Source: Pseudogymnoascus verrucosus
Taxonomy: Eukaryota
NCBI GenBank assembly: GCA_001662655.1
Contig: KV460291.1
DNA length: 64,000 nt
Strand: one strand, 5' to 3'
Shown: positions 1-13,111 of the stretch, in pieces
Numbering within the stretch: the stretch's first letter is position 1
How the letters are laid out: every line of letters starts with the position of its first letter
The notes under the pieces: generated by a model
Database searches by the model: none
What the model saw: only the letters and a program-made list of their open reading frames with translations
Told to the model about the DNA's origin: nothing
Translations under genes and position numbers: made by a program

Positions 1-106
1 GAGTAGTACTCGGGCAACACTGCCAAGATCTAGCTTATGAGGATTTGAATTTCCTTGCTGATGCCATCTAGTGAAGTGAGGTACATATATAAAAGTATTT
101 ATTTAT

Positions 107-1958
107 CTACGACCTGAACAGCATCAACGCTTCCTCCGCCAGAGGCGCCTCCTCATCATCGCTCTCGTCCTCTTCTCCCAGGTTCATTTTCTGGCCCAGG
201 AGGGTGCCGAAGAACCGATCAATGGCCTCCGGCTCCCACAGCCCCCTATCTTCCGGTGCCATGAAATTCTGCAACTTCTCGTGCACCGTAAACTTCATCT
301 TACGTCCCTTGCTAGCTCTGGTATCTACGTTCTTCTTCGTCCTCGCCTCCTTGGCCGCAGCCCACTGAGCAATCGGCTGGCCGCCGGCTCCCATAGATGG
401 GGCGGATGAAGAATCTACCATGCGCTGGTCGACCAGCTCTTTGAGGAGGAGCTGATAGAAGTCCGCATCGTCATAAATGTTCTCATCTTCAGTGATCTTA
501 GCCTTGACCTGAATGGGAGCGCAGGAGCGCGGCATTCTCGTGCGCTTGATGAGGCGCTCTGCGTTGGAACCAGAGAGCTGCTCAGAGAGGACGTCGACAA
601 TAGATTGCTCGGCAACGTTGTTAAGCTTGCGAGAAATTGGAGCAGCGGTTGTACCGCGAACCCTCGCAGACCACTTTGCGAGTGTTGCCTGGCGTTTCGG
701 AACAGATTGGGACTCGGAGGCTTGGATAGCAGCCCAGATGTCAGAGTTAGATGTTGTGATATCGACAGCAGTGTGCTTGCGCTTCTTTGAATTCGTTGCT
801 GTCTTGTCAAGCTCAGATCGCATAGCATTCAAAGTGTTCAGAAGCTTGACTGCAGCTTCTTCGGCCGCCTTGTACGGTGTCGAAGTTTCAGAGCTTTGCT
901 CTAAAGACGACATGGAGTTCGTGGCTACAAGCGCCTTTTGGAGGCGTATGCGGACATTTAGCAATGAATCGAATGTCTTGCGTTGAGCCTTGACGGCGTT
1001 GCCCTTCTCAGCATCGGCTTTCGCGGCCTGAGAAATTGTAGCAACGACGGTTTTTTGCTCTTCAGTCATCATCTTTCGTAGTTCAGCACGGCGAGCTTGC
1101 TCGTCGTCTCCTACTTCACTTTCGTCACTATCTTCTTCCGAGTCGTCATTGTCATCTTCCTCCTCTTCGTCCTCGTCATCATCGACCTCGTCCATGTCCT
1201 CATCCTCGTCTTCATCTCCATCCTCTAGCAACTCTTCTTGGCTTTCGGATCCAGACTCGTCGGTTCCATCAATTTTTGCTCCTCCATCCTCGGCGTCCTC
1301 AGAGTCAATCTCATCGACATCTTCGTCCTCACTGCCGGACATAAAATCCGCAGCTGTCTTTCTCTTGCTCTTGCTAGGGCCGCCACCTACTGCATATTTG
1401 GGCTTGCCACTTCCACGGAAGACAAATCCCTTAAGTTTCTCATCATCGCTTTCGCCAAGAGCATCGTCGCTGTTGATTTCTCCATCAAAGTCTTCCGCGT
1501 CTAGATCCACAGTATCAGGGTCAACGATATCCTCCATGTCCTGTTCCTCAGTGGATTCCTCGTCGCCAGAGATATCGGAGTCCTCATCATTGTTCAGTAG
1601 ATCCTTGCGGCTGATTCGAGCTCCGGCGTATTGAGGGCCAAGGGCGACTTGGGCGGGCTTTCGCAGTTTGCTCTTTCTAGAAGAAAAAAACTGTCAGTAC
1701 ACCATGACATTAAGCAAAAACAAGCACAGGTCACTTACCCAACGTTCACATAATGCTCCGTTCCCAAATTCTCGTCTTCTTCCTCAGAACCACTCTCATC
1801 ACTTCGAAGCGGTGCCTCATTTTCTTCGGGATCAAAATCTGGGTTGTATTAGTTTAGAGTCAAATCATTGGGATATAAGTGCATTGCATACCCTTAGGAG
1901 CCTTCACTTCCAGCTCAGCAAGCTGTTTCGCAAGCGAACTGCCCTTTCCTTTTGCCAT
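107..1958 (-). CDS. BFR2: BFR2/AATF (TRAUB) nucleolar rRNA-processing protein, 3 exons
   Basis: Acidic N-terminus; motifs KGNAVKAQRKTFDSLLNVRIRLQK, IYDDADFYQLLLKELVD and VDTRASKGRKMKFTVHEKLQNFMAP. Upstream exons read MAKGKGSSLAKQLAEL.. (ATG at 1958) and DFDPEE..EHYVNVG, with GT..AG introns at about 1839-1891 and 1677-1738. Confidence 0.9.
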
Positions 1959-2141
1959 CCTGATGTTGGCTTTGCGATTTTGCCGTTGCTCCTCCCGCCA
2001 AAAAGTTCTCAAGAAATTCCTCCAAAACCTCGAAATCTTGGCGCTTCTTCCGGCGCTAGCGGCCGCGTACCTCCGACGCAGCCAACGACATGTATCGCAG
2101 TTTATGGCGAAGTCAAGACAATGGCCGGAAATACATAAATC

Positions 2142-3202
2142 ATGAAACCGCGATTATTCTCAACGTTGAGGGCTTTGCAGCATGAAAATCCTTTGGTATG
2201 TAGGGCTAGCTGCGGTACAGCTTCTTAACAATTAACTAACTCGGTAAAAAGGGATTGCCACGCGCTGGGACAATTCCGCGCATGCAGCGAGGACTGCCCG
2301 AACGGAGACGCATCAAAGATGTGAAGAAAGTAATAGCTGTTTCCTCAGCCAAAGGGGGTGTTGGCAAGTCCACCATCGCAGGTATTTTTAAACTACACTT
2401 TTTAAATAAGGTGTCAAATTTTAATTGCAGATTAGTAAACCTTGCGCTTTCATTTGCTCGCAGTGGCCTTCGCAGTGGCATTCTGGATACGGACATCTTT
2501 GGGCCCTCGATACCCACTCTTCTCAATCTCTCTGGGGAGCCACGCCTTTCTTCAAGTATGAATGCCAAGAATTTGATCGGTAAAGAAGAAAAAATCTAAC
2601 AGTTACCAGATAACCAACTCATTCCTCTTTCAAACTATGGCCTTAAGTCAATGTCCATGGGCTACCTCGTTGGGCAAGACGCCCCTGTTGTCTGGCGGGG
2701 ACTGATGGTTATGAAAGCGCTCCAACAGCTTCTCCACGAGGTTGACTGGGGTGGACTCGATGTTCTCGTTCTGGATCTCCCTCCAGGAACCGGGGACACG
2801 CAACTCACCATCACACAGCAAATCGAGCTTGATGGCGCGATCATTATTTCAACGCCGCAAGACATAGCATTAAAAGACGCCATCAAGGGCATCGGCATGT
2901 TTCAGAAAACCAATATCCCTATTCTGGGCATGGTCCAGAACATGTCTCTCTTCATCTGTCCGCATTGTCAGGAAGGCACTCATATCTTTGGCGGCGGTGA
3001 GAATTCAAGCCATGGTATTGGCATTGAGAACACCTGCGCAAAGCACGGTATTGAGTTTCTAGGCGATGTTCCTTTGCATGCTAGCATTTGTGATGATGCC
3101 GATCGGGGAAAGCCCACAGTGGTTAGTGAGCCAGATAGCGATCGTGCGAAGGCGTTTGGAAGGATAGCCGACAGGGTGGGGAAGCAGATTGGTCTTTTTT
3201 GA
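2142..3202 (+). CDS. IND1: Mrp/NBP35-family P-loop Fe-S carrier, mitochondrial Ind1/NUBPL type
   Basis: [10 protein letters not shown] presequence-like start; motifs [45 protein letters not shown] and CPHC. Three short introns join the ORF-track fragments. Confidence 0.9.
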
Positions 3203-3588
3203 GCGAGGAATGATACAGAATGTATGATAGTGTAAAATTAGTGGCATAATAGGTATACAATCAGGATGGAAATGTTTGATCTTTATCATGACTGATGTGG
3301 CGTGTATTTGACGTTGAAGGCTATATATATCTGGTCATTGGAACGATTTGGGCAATGCTTAGATTATATGTAGATGTGGAATATTAAGACTTGATACATT
3401 GACTTCTAATAGTATCAAGCGTAGTTATGTTACACTCAGTTCAGGGGTTCATATGAGGGCCGAACAATAAACAAAAAGGTAGAATTACCAGCACTTCTAT
3501 ATCTATATCTATAATAATCAGAATAATCTTAAAACAACAAGAATCGTCTTTGACTCGCAAAAGCTAAATGTACTTCGTATATGGCACT

Positions 3589-5360
3589 TCAAAAGATGTA
3601 CCTGAAGTTGGGGTTCTCCCGATCCGTCAAATCTTCAAAAGCATGCGTCATGTTATCGTCGGCCGCCTCCCTAATACCAGCCGCAGCCAATTGGTCCTTC
3701 TTCTTGTTCTCTCTGAGAAGCCACCAGCGGAGGAAGGCGATCACAAACATGAGCAGAGTGTAGCATCCAAGATGAGTGGCGAAGGCGATGAAGTATCTCG
3801 GCGCATCCCATTTTAAAAATACTTGTGGGCCGATACTATTGCCCACTGACCAGGCGATAAAATTACAAGCGACCACTGTCGCCTTCTTCGTCTGACCAGC
3901 GATGTTTCGGGAAATCATGGATAAAGCGAGGGTCTGCGCAGACCAGAACGAGAGGGTGAGGTAGTATGAGAACAACAGGCCAACTTTCGTAGCCATGCTC
4001 TTACTTTCGACAGTCATCAAGACGATAGTTCCGATGAATGACCTAGAAGCGGTATATGTCAGTGGCAATCGGGGCAATGTATTCCATGGCGTAACTTACG
4101 GGACAACAAATCCAGCCATCACCAGTAAGTTCTGGTTGGTCTTCTTGACTAGCCAAATGGACGCAAATAAGACGATTATGATGTAGAATCCAAGAACCAT
4201 TGCAAGAAGTTGAACCTGCAGAGTCTCAAAATTGAAACTCTTAATGATAATGTTGGCGAACCCTCCCAGACCACTAGTCGGCAATGTGGTGCAAATGGCA
4301 ATCAAGCAATAGCACCAAGTTTGAGGGTCCTTGAGGCCCTCGATCATCTGCTCTTTTCGGAATACGCGGCTCTGCATTCCCGTCTGGTTGGATCGGACAC
4401 GCTCAATCATCTTACGCTTATCATCCTCGCTGAAACACTTAGCCCGCATAGGAGAATCGGGCATCCACCAGCCAACGAATATGCCCCAGAAGACGGAGAT
4501 AACCCCGTATGCAATGAACAGTGCCTGCCAAGATTTAATGACCTTGTCACGGCCGATGAGGGTGAAGCAATAGGCAAGAAGACCGCCGACGACTTGTTGC
4601 GCGCCCTGTGTGCGTTAGTACTAATAAAACATGGTAATTATTTGGGACGCCCTTACATTCATCATGTACCAGTAGGTAACCCTGGCAGTCTGCTCCTCGC
4701 GCTTGAACCACATGCTGGACAAAATAATGAACGATGGCTGGCAAGCTGCCTCAAAAATTCCGAGGAGAATTCTGCAAACCAAGATGGTAGTAAAGTTTGT
4801 TGCAGCGGCGTGGCATGCCAGAACAGCCCCCCAGCAGATGATGTTGAATGAGAGGTACTTTGCGATGGGAACCTTCGTAATGATCCAATTTGTTGGGTAT
4901 TCTACAATGAGAATTGCGATGTAGACACCAGTGATGAGCCATGAATACTGCGCGGAGTTAGCTACCATCCGTGTTTTGTCTTTAGATCAAGACGATTTCA
5001 TACATCTTGCCCAACTAAGTGGAGGTCTGGTTCTATCCCCATGATAGAGGCAAACGACAGAGTGCCCTTGTCTATTGCCTGGAGGAAGTAGGTGAGAATC
5101 ATGATAACCAGTACACGGCGATCAATAAGTTTCAATAGCCTGTTGCTTTCTTCCTCGCTGATAATCTCTCTGACATCGCTCGTATACTTGGCGACCTCGG
5201 CGTCGATACGGCTAAGATCCATATGATCTTTCAGGTCTTCGTTCCCGGACAGCACACGCTCGACATGTCCGATATCAGCATATTCCTTCCCTGACTTTTC
5301 GTTGACAGTCTGGTCGACAGGGACTTGCTCCAAGCCCGCGATTTCCGGGGCGTTTGCCAT
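3589..5360 (-). CDS. MFS transporter, allantoate permease (DAL5/anion:cation symporter)-like, multi-exon
   Basis: Fragments 4998-5360, 4621-4968, 4096-4464 and 3589-4077 carry family motifs IDRRVL..LQAIDKG, RILLGIFEA, WFKREEQTAR, NIAGQTKK, GPQVF and FEDLTDRENPNFRY. Confidence 0.85.
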
Positions 5361-6098
5361 GACGGTGATTGTATCGATGGGAATAGAATGGTAGAATGAT
5401 AATTGATCCCAATGAAAGCGTCAACTCACACACGGAGCAGAAAACAGAAAGTTGTCGCCGGCGACAGGATATCTATACAAAAGCCACTCCCGCCCCCCCG
5501 GCCACATTCAAGCTTCTCCATAAAAGCTTCCATGTGGAACATGTTAGTAGTTGCTAGCATAATAATTAGCGTAAATTAATTATTCCTCGAATGTGATCCT
5601 ATACTCGCGATATTCTTCCCCGACCCCCGAGCCCATTACTGGTTAGCCACCCCCACCTTACTCCACAGCCCATCCTAGTCATGTCACTCATTACCCCACC
5701 CCCCCTGCGGGGACCCCACGGAGTCAGGGAAACTGCGCGTATTGAATGGATATTGCAGCGCCATTCCTACTCTAGCTTCGTGCGGGCCAAGGGAAATAAC
5801 TTTGAAGAGATCCAGATACAGCGCACGCGTTGTAGTTTGGGAGGCCCACGCTGTAATCCCGCTATTGGTGCCCACCCTTGGCGTCGGTGCATCTCGGTGC
5901 TCGCTATGATACCCCGCGACGAAATTCCCCCAAAACGAAAGTTGCCCGAGGCTTGTGATGATTGAAATGCTGTTCCTGTCATCTTCATCCGAGTGAACCG
6001 TGCTGTCCTTGCAAAGTTGAAAGATTAGGATTCAGATCATCCAATTGACAGGCGACAGTAGCATCTAGAGAATCGCAATATCCCTCAAGTCCCCAAAA

Positions 6099-7217
6099 AT
6101 GCCTTTAACAGCTCACGCCGTTGATGCGGCCGACGTGCACAAAGCCGTCAAGCTCCTCATCAACAACCTCGTGAACATTACAGACACCACCGGCGAGTTT
6201 CTTCTCCGCCTTCCAGATGGCCGCGTTATCGACACCAAGGGCTGGAACGACTGGGAATGGACGCACGGCGTCGGTCTCTACGGTATCTGGAAGTACTACG
6301 AGCTGACCGGCGAAGAGGAGTACCTCCAGATCATCGAGGCATGGTTCAAGAACCGCTTCGAGGCCGGCGGCACCACCAAGAACATCAACACCATGGCCGT
6401 CTTCCTCACTCTTGCCTACGTCTACGAGAAAACCGGCAACCCAATTTACCTCCCATGGCTCGACGCCTGGGCTGAGTGGGCATACCATGATCTCCCCCGC
6501 ACTGAGTTCGGTGGCATGCAACACATGACATATCTCGGTCCCAACACCCAGCAGCTCTGGGACGACACTCTGATGATGACCGTCCTACCTCTCGCTAAAA
6601 TCGGAAAAGTCCTCAACAGGCCACACTACGTGGACGAGGCGACGCGCCAGTTCCTCATCCACATCAAATACCTCTTTGACACGAAGACGGGGCTCTGGTT
6701 CCACGGCTGGACCTTCGAGGATGGCGGCCACAACTTCGCGGAGGCGCTGTGGGCGAGAGGGAATGCCTGGATCACGATTGTGATCCCGGAGTACATTGAG
6801 CTGCTTGATCTGCCACATGGAGACCCGATCCGCACGCACTTACTAGATACCCTGGTTGCACAGAGCGTGGCGATCAAGAAGGTGCAGACACCTGGGGGTC
6901 TATGGTGCACGCTGTTGAGCGAGGGGGAGGATACTGGGTCATACTTGGAGGCGAGTGCGTCGGCTGGGTTTGCATATGGACTCATGAAGGCAAGGAGGAA
7001 GAGATACATTGGAGGAGAGTATGAGGAGGTTGCTGTCAAGGCCGTCAAGGCCGTCATAGAGAATATTGATGAGGACGGAGAGCTGAAGAATGTGTCGTTT
7101 GGCACTGGGATGGGAGATACGCTGCAGCACTATAAGGATATCCCGCTCACGAGCATGCCGTACGGACAGGCGATGGCGATTATGGCACTGGGAGAGTGGT
7201 TGAGGGTATACATTTAG
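6099..7217 (+). CDS. GH105 unsaturated rhamnogalacturonyl hydrolase (YteR/YesR-like), intronless, no signal peptide
   Basis: Motifs WEWTHGVGLYG, QLWDDTLMM, TGLWFHGW, WARGNAW, YLEASASAGFAYG and YGQAM; strong C-ending codon bias. Confidence 0.88.
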   Translation: MPLTAHAVDAADVHKAVKLLINNLVNITDTTGEFLLRLPDGRVIDTKGWNDWEWTHGVGLYGIWKYYELTGEEEYLQIIEAWFKNRFEAGGTTKNINTMAVFLTLAYVYEKTGNPIYLPWLDAWAEWAYHDLPRTEFGGMQHMTYLGPNTQQLWDDTLMMTVLPLAKIGKVLNRPHYVDEATRQFLIHIKYLFDTKTGLWFHGWTFEDGGHNFAEALWARGNAWITIVIPEYIELLDLPHGDPIRTHLLDTLVAQSVAIKKVQTPGGLWCTLLSEGEDTGSYLEASASAGFAYGLMKARRKRYIGGEYEEVAVKAVKAVIENIDEDGELKNVSFGTGMGDTLQHYKDIPLTSMPYGQAMAIMALGEWLRVYI

Positions 7218-7758
7218 GTCTATTGTATACGAATTACGAAAAAGATATGACAGGCATGATTTCACTTCGTGTGCTTGCTGTAACTTGCGTCTTCGGGCCT
7301 CGCTGGAATTGTAAACTTAGTGGCGCACTGATGGTCCATGAACTGAAACCTGGGTAGCCCATTGTTTGGCTCTGCCGAAACTATTGATTTCAGTAACTGA
7401 GTTGGTCTCCGCGACCCACAGGTAGTCTTCAGCACGCGGCGTGCCGCCATCCGAGGTAGCCCCGTGATGCGGGATTGGTGGGGGGTTCGGCGTGTTTGAC
7501 GTGTCGGCATATGCGGTTCAAAAATCTCGCGGGGAACGAAGGTGGCGACTTGATTACAAAGTAATGTAAAGTGAAATAGTGTAGTAATGGCCGGAATTCA
7601 TTGTTTTCTATGTCGAGAGATTTACTTTATAAAGTTACGGAGGCTAAATTTTATAGCTTAGTTTTAAGATTATTTTTGTGCACAATTGTAAATTATTATA
7701 TGACAGCAATAATATATTTTCCAAAAATATATTTCTACCTGGCATACGGCTGATTACT

Positions 7759-9543
7759 CTAGGCGTAGTCTAGGGCGACAGCGTCCCACATAAATCCATG
7801 CCAGAGCGTCTCTCTCGTAACTTGGAAGTCCAAAGTATTCCAACCCCTCTTCAGAGCCCCGTTTTCAACCGGGAACTCGTAGTAATGCCACTCTCCCGCC
7901 AAGGTACCAGACCGATACATACACGGGTCAGTCAGTATATTGGCGCTCGTAAGGTTCCCCACAGTCGTAGCGCCGTTCACAACGATCGTAGAGCTGACGC
8001 CACTGGAATACCCGGCAAGCGAGACGGAGAGCACGGCGGACGAGTCGTTCGGGAGCTTCGGGACATTGAATTTGACGGTCCAGTTCCCCTTAGCGGATTG
8101 GCCGAAGCACCAGTCTGAGGTTTTACTGGTGCCAACAGTGTAGGTAAGGTTTGCGGGGCAGTTGACCACAAGTGCGTGTTGGTGGGGTGCCCCTCCGTAG
8201 GCGAACCCCAACGACGTCCTGTCGAAATCCCCGATTTGGAAGATATTCCTCCTGTCTTGAGTCTTCCAAGTGAGGTGCCCTAGATTGGTACCCTTTTTCT
8301 TAGTTACTACAACATCGTTCTTTATGAAAGTCGTCGAAACATCACCAATGGCACCGCCGTTGGACCAGGCTTGAAATGCATAGCTTGCGGTGCGGACATT
8401 CTTGAACTGGAAGTTGCCGGCCTTGTCAGTGTAGGCCGTATAGTAGTAGTAGCGACCCATATCGAGAGTGGTCTCATTGGGGTGGTTGTCGCCAAGGAAG
8501 ACGGCAGCATTAGAAGCAGGGCGACCGTCTGAGAGGATAAGTTTTCCAGATACGGAGCCGCGCGACTGGTAAGCATCGTTGTCAAACCAAGGATATGGGT
8601 AGGTAGAGATTTCCTTCTTCGCTTTGTGAGATGCATCATTGAGGCTGCCATCGTTCTGTATTATGTGTTAGCGGAATAATTATTAGATGTTTGTCGGCAA
8701 ACTCACCAAATACCAGAGCCATGGCCCCCAGACCTTGCCAACTGGGAAAGCATCAGAGGCCGATGCCATGAAGTGTGTCCCGTGAAGCATGTTTAGCTGA
8801 ACAACATCTCCTGTTGCAGTCTCTCGGTGCACCATCAGTTCTTGCTTTAGATGGTCTCCATTGTATTCATCCTTTCCCGCATTGATGTACCAGCTGCCAA
8901 ACCCAGGACCGTACACGCCATAATACTCCTGGTCTCGGAGTAAGGCCTGCCAGTCATACTTGGTGATATATGTGCCATCCTCCTTCACCCATGTCTCATC
9001 TTGGACCTTGGTTGCGGCAGCAATATCGGCTGAAGTTGGCAAAGCCTCATCCTTGATCGACGTATGACCATTGAAGAAGGTCGTGTTGTCAAGACGCCAG
9101 AGAGTTCTAAACTCTCCAAGGATCGGAAGAGCGCGGTTAACAAAGTATTGATATGCCCCAGCAAGCTCAGGTTGGATAACCCAATGAAGTTCTCCTTCAG
9201 CAGCTTCAAAGGAAATATCCAAGTAGTCTTTGGTCTGCTTATGGATAGATACGGTAGTCCAACTCAGATCTGATGCTGCGCCATCTGTAATTATGTTAGT
9301 TACTGGGGAGGTGATGTGATAAGGATAGTTGAACTAACTGTAGCTCGCATAGTGCCCAACTGCGTTACCCACTATATCCCTGTTCTTATAGAAGAGCTTC
9401 GTGCCATATTGCTTGCCAATAGTGACGTTCCAGATATCATTGCCAATGATGTGCTCTTCGGGACCAATTGTCTTCAGGAAAGGGCCTTTGGCATGAACTT
9501 GGGTGGCAACTGCCAGGGCAGATGCCAAGATGCTGAGTCTCAT
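7759..9543 (-). CDS. Polysaccharide lyase family 4 rhamnogalacturonan lyase, secreted, 3 exons
   Basis: Signal peptide MRLSILASALAVATQVHA; motifs GEFRTLWRLD, KVQDETW, TKYDW, NGDHLKQELMVH, GPWLWY and IGDFDRT; C-terminal MWDAVAL. Confidence 0.85.
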
Positions 9544-10556
9544 TTTGAAATAAGGTATAAATTTGCCAAGCTGCTATGGAAGGATACGAAACACCCAGAA
9601 AACGAGATCTACCGTACCTTTTTTATACAACCAACCGCGCGTCCGTCATGCTCATCATCCCTCGAGCATGCTTGGGACGGCAGGCTTAGCTGCAACTGCA
9701 TATATTAAACTCGGCATTCCGGAACGATTTATAGCGAGTTATAGAGGCGGTAGATTACCCCAAATGCACTACATGTTATGATATTCACGGCAGACCTTCA
9801 CAAGCGCTACCCCTTGAGCCGTGATGACATATGTCACGGGGAGGGGCTTTGACAATTTGCTTATGAACCGTCGGCTCTTAGAATAAAGCTACCATTACCC
9901 TATTACCCTTGCGGAGATTGTTGCGGTTGGTAGAGAACGACGCTATTCAAGTTTATTGCTGGGTTATGTTAGTAGTATGCGGGCTCTATGCGTGTTGCAT
10001 GGGGGGATAGACGATCGACGGAGAAATTGACTCCGTCCATCAAAACAACCTAGAGTAATACTCCAATCAGTTCGGGGCACTTACGCGCTTCGTTCGACAC
10101 TCCACTGTACCTGGCTGGCTAACATACCCCGAAAGCGCGGGGAAATATAATATTACTATACTATACTGTCATGGTATGATATTGCTGAACCGAGGGCAAA
10201 CAACGGCGGCGTACTTTGACAGGCAATCTCGTTCATGGAAAGCTACTCTATTAACGCCTCCAAAGTGCTTCCCCGCCTTTCTCCGCAATCTAGCTCATTT
10301 ATCCCCACAAACTGACAAAATAACCATGTCGCAATTCGGGCACGTCGGGGTATCATACCCCAGATCAGAAGCATTCCATAGTGATCTGCCTCTTTTTCTC
10401 TTTTCCCCAGAAAAATGCAATCTGACTGCGTCATTAGGCGCAGTAGCCGGCCATGGCAAGCTGGGGAGTGCGAGAACTACAAAACCATGGAGTTTACCCA
10501 TTTGTGAGTGGTTCAGCGATCAAGGCGAGTTCTGAATTCCCTATCCGTCAGTCATC

Positions 10557-12765
10557 ATGGCAAAATCAAAGTCAGTTTTGGCGATTGTTCCGCTCTTCGT
10601 TTGTCTCTCGAATCTTGTTGCCCCTACTCGGGCATTCCTTACTGCAAAGGATACAGGCCCTCAATTGGTCATCGCCAACGACAGACTCTATGCTGCCGTC
10701 AACAAAACGACTGGCGCAATCCAGAATCTGAGCTTAGATGGACAAGATTTGCTTGGTGCCCCTGGATATGAAAACCCAACACCAGGAGGCGCTACCGGGA
10801 ATGGAGCAAGCGGCCTTGGGCCATATCTCGACTGTTACTGCACCCCGTCGGGCTTCTATACTCCCGGGCACCTCGCTCCTAGGTATCAGTTGATCAATGG
10901 CACCGACTCATCCAAAACTAAGTACGGAGGCATTGTGATGAGCGAGACCTATCCAGCAACTGGTCAGGTTCTTGAGCAGTATTGGTTCCTGAGAGAAGGA
11001 GAGACCGGCCTGCACACTTTCAGCCGACTTACTTATAACAACAAGACCACTCCCTTTTTGAGAAATCTACAGGAGTTCCGCACTCTGTTCCGCCCGAACA
11101 CAGCTCTGTGGACCGATCTCTCCACAAATGAGAAGCAATACGCACCCTTGCCGTCCACAGAGGCCAAGGCGAAGCAGGTTACTGTTCAGGATGCAACCTG
11201 GTACCTCGGCAACACACCGGATGATCCATACGTGCAGCAGGAGGGTGATTATTTCACCAAGTACACTTTCCAGGATACCTGGAGAGACCATGATGTCCAC
11301 GGAATGTACGCGGACGGCAAGTACAGTAACGATGGCAGCACTTTTGGTGCCTGGCTCGTTATGGGTGTCAAAGATACTTACTTCGGAGGACCATTGCATT
11401 CGGATCTGGTCGTAGATGGTATTGTGTATAATTACATGGGTAAGTCAAATACACCAATCTGAACCCATCAACTACTGATTCTTAGAAAGTGAGCAACCAC
11501 CATGGTGATGGCACTCCCAACATCACTGATGGATTCGACCGCACATTCGGCCCAGTGAGTGTCCTGCAATTGCCATTAATCACACTCATATTCTAACCAC
11601 CCACAGTCATATTTCCATTATAACAAGGGTTCCCCAACGACAACACTGCAAGAGCTCCGCCAGGACGCTCTGCAGTACGCCTCACCAGACTGGAACGCTG
11701 ACTTCTACGACGACATTGCCAAGTACGTGCCAAACTATGTCCCAACCACCAAGCGTGGAACCTGGAAGGGACACGTCAAGCTCCCCAAGGGTGCCACCAA
11801 GCCGCTCGCTGTCTTGGCTCAGAACGGTGTCGACTTCCAAGACAATGACCAAGATACGAAAGCGTACCAGTATTGGGCCGACATTAACCCGAAGACTGGC
11901 AACGTCGAGATCCCCCGCGTCAAGGAAGGCACCTACAGACTGACCATCTACGCCGACGGTATCTTCGGGCAGTACACCCAAGACAACATTGTGGTCAAGG
12001 CCCGCAAGACGCAGAACACACACGTGAACTGGAGCGAGGAGAGCGCCGGCAAGGAAATCTGGCGCATCGGCACGCCCGACAAGTCCGCGGGCGAGTATAA
12101 GCACGGATACGAGCTGAACCTGGAAAAACCATTACAGCCTGAGCAATATCGCAACTACTGGGCCGCATATGACTTTCCCACCGAGTTCCCCAACGGCGTC
12201 GTGTACAAGGTGGGCGAGAGCGATGCCGGCAAGGACCTGAACTACATTCACTGGAGTGTCTTCGGAGGCTACGGGAACTCGGTGCGCACGGAACCCTACT
12301 ACGAGAATGTAAATAACTGGACCATCCAGTTCGATCTGACCAAGAAGGAGCTCAATCACAAGAAGAAGGCAACCTTCACGGTGCAGCTTGCGGGCGCGAA
12401 GACTGCGGCGGGAAACACGGATGTGTATAACGCGTCGGAGCCCTTTGCGAATCTCCCATACACCGTTGCGGTTAATGGGCGCGACCTGAAGCCTTGGGTT
12501 ATTCCGTAAGTTTTGTCAGTATTGGATAGGGGTTACAGAAAGCTAACTTGGTCATAGGTACTACCACAGCAGTTCTTGCGGTGTGCGGTCGGCTGTTATC
12601 TGCTACAACATCGACAACAAATTCGCGTTTGATACGTCGCTGTTGGTCGAGGGTCTTAATGAGTTCACTCTCAGTCTGCCATATAACGCTATTGACTACG
12701 AGAGCGCGGTGTTGGCACAATCCACGTATGTGCAGTACGATGCGATGCGGTTGGAGATTGAGTAG
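10557..12765 (+). CDS. Polysaccharide lyase family 4 rhamnogalacturonan lyase (RglB-like), secreted, multi-exon
   Basis: Motifs GPYLDCYC, LQEFRTLFRP, VQDATW, YFTKY, GGPLHSDLVVDGIVYNY, SNHHG, IWRIGTPDKS and VQYDAMRLE. Introns at about 11439-11488, 11554-11606 and 12506-12557. Confidence 0.88.
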
Positions 12766-13111
12766 GGCTGCCTTTGACGATAGTCAGAAGCTGGCGCGTG
12801 GAAGATATCTCTCCTGCGGATAGACCTGTTATTACAGGTTCTAGATAGCCATACTATAGCTTCCATATAATAATCCTCTATTTTTAAATACGGGAGTATA
12901 TAAAAACCAATTGTTGGACTCCAAACGTTTCAGGATGAGCGGATGTGAGACCTTGAAATTAAATATATCTCTGTTATTTCCATCGATTCAATTCAAAATA
13001 ATATTCTCATATAGGAGTGCAACTACAGCGTATCGGATTACAGTGCCACACTAAGCACCTATCCCCAATTACAAGAGTCCAACTTAGCATGCAAATCGAA
13101 GACGAGAATAA

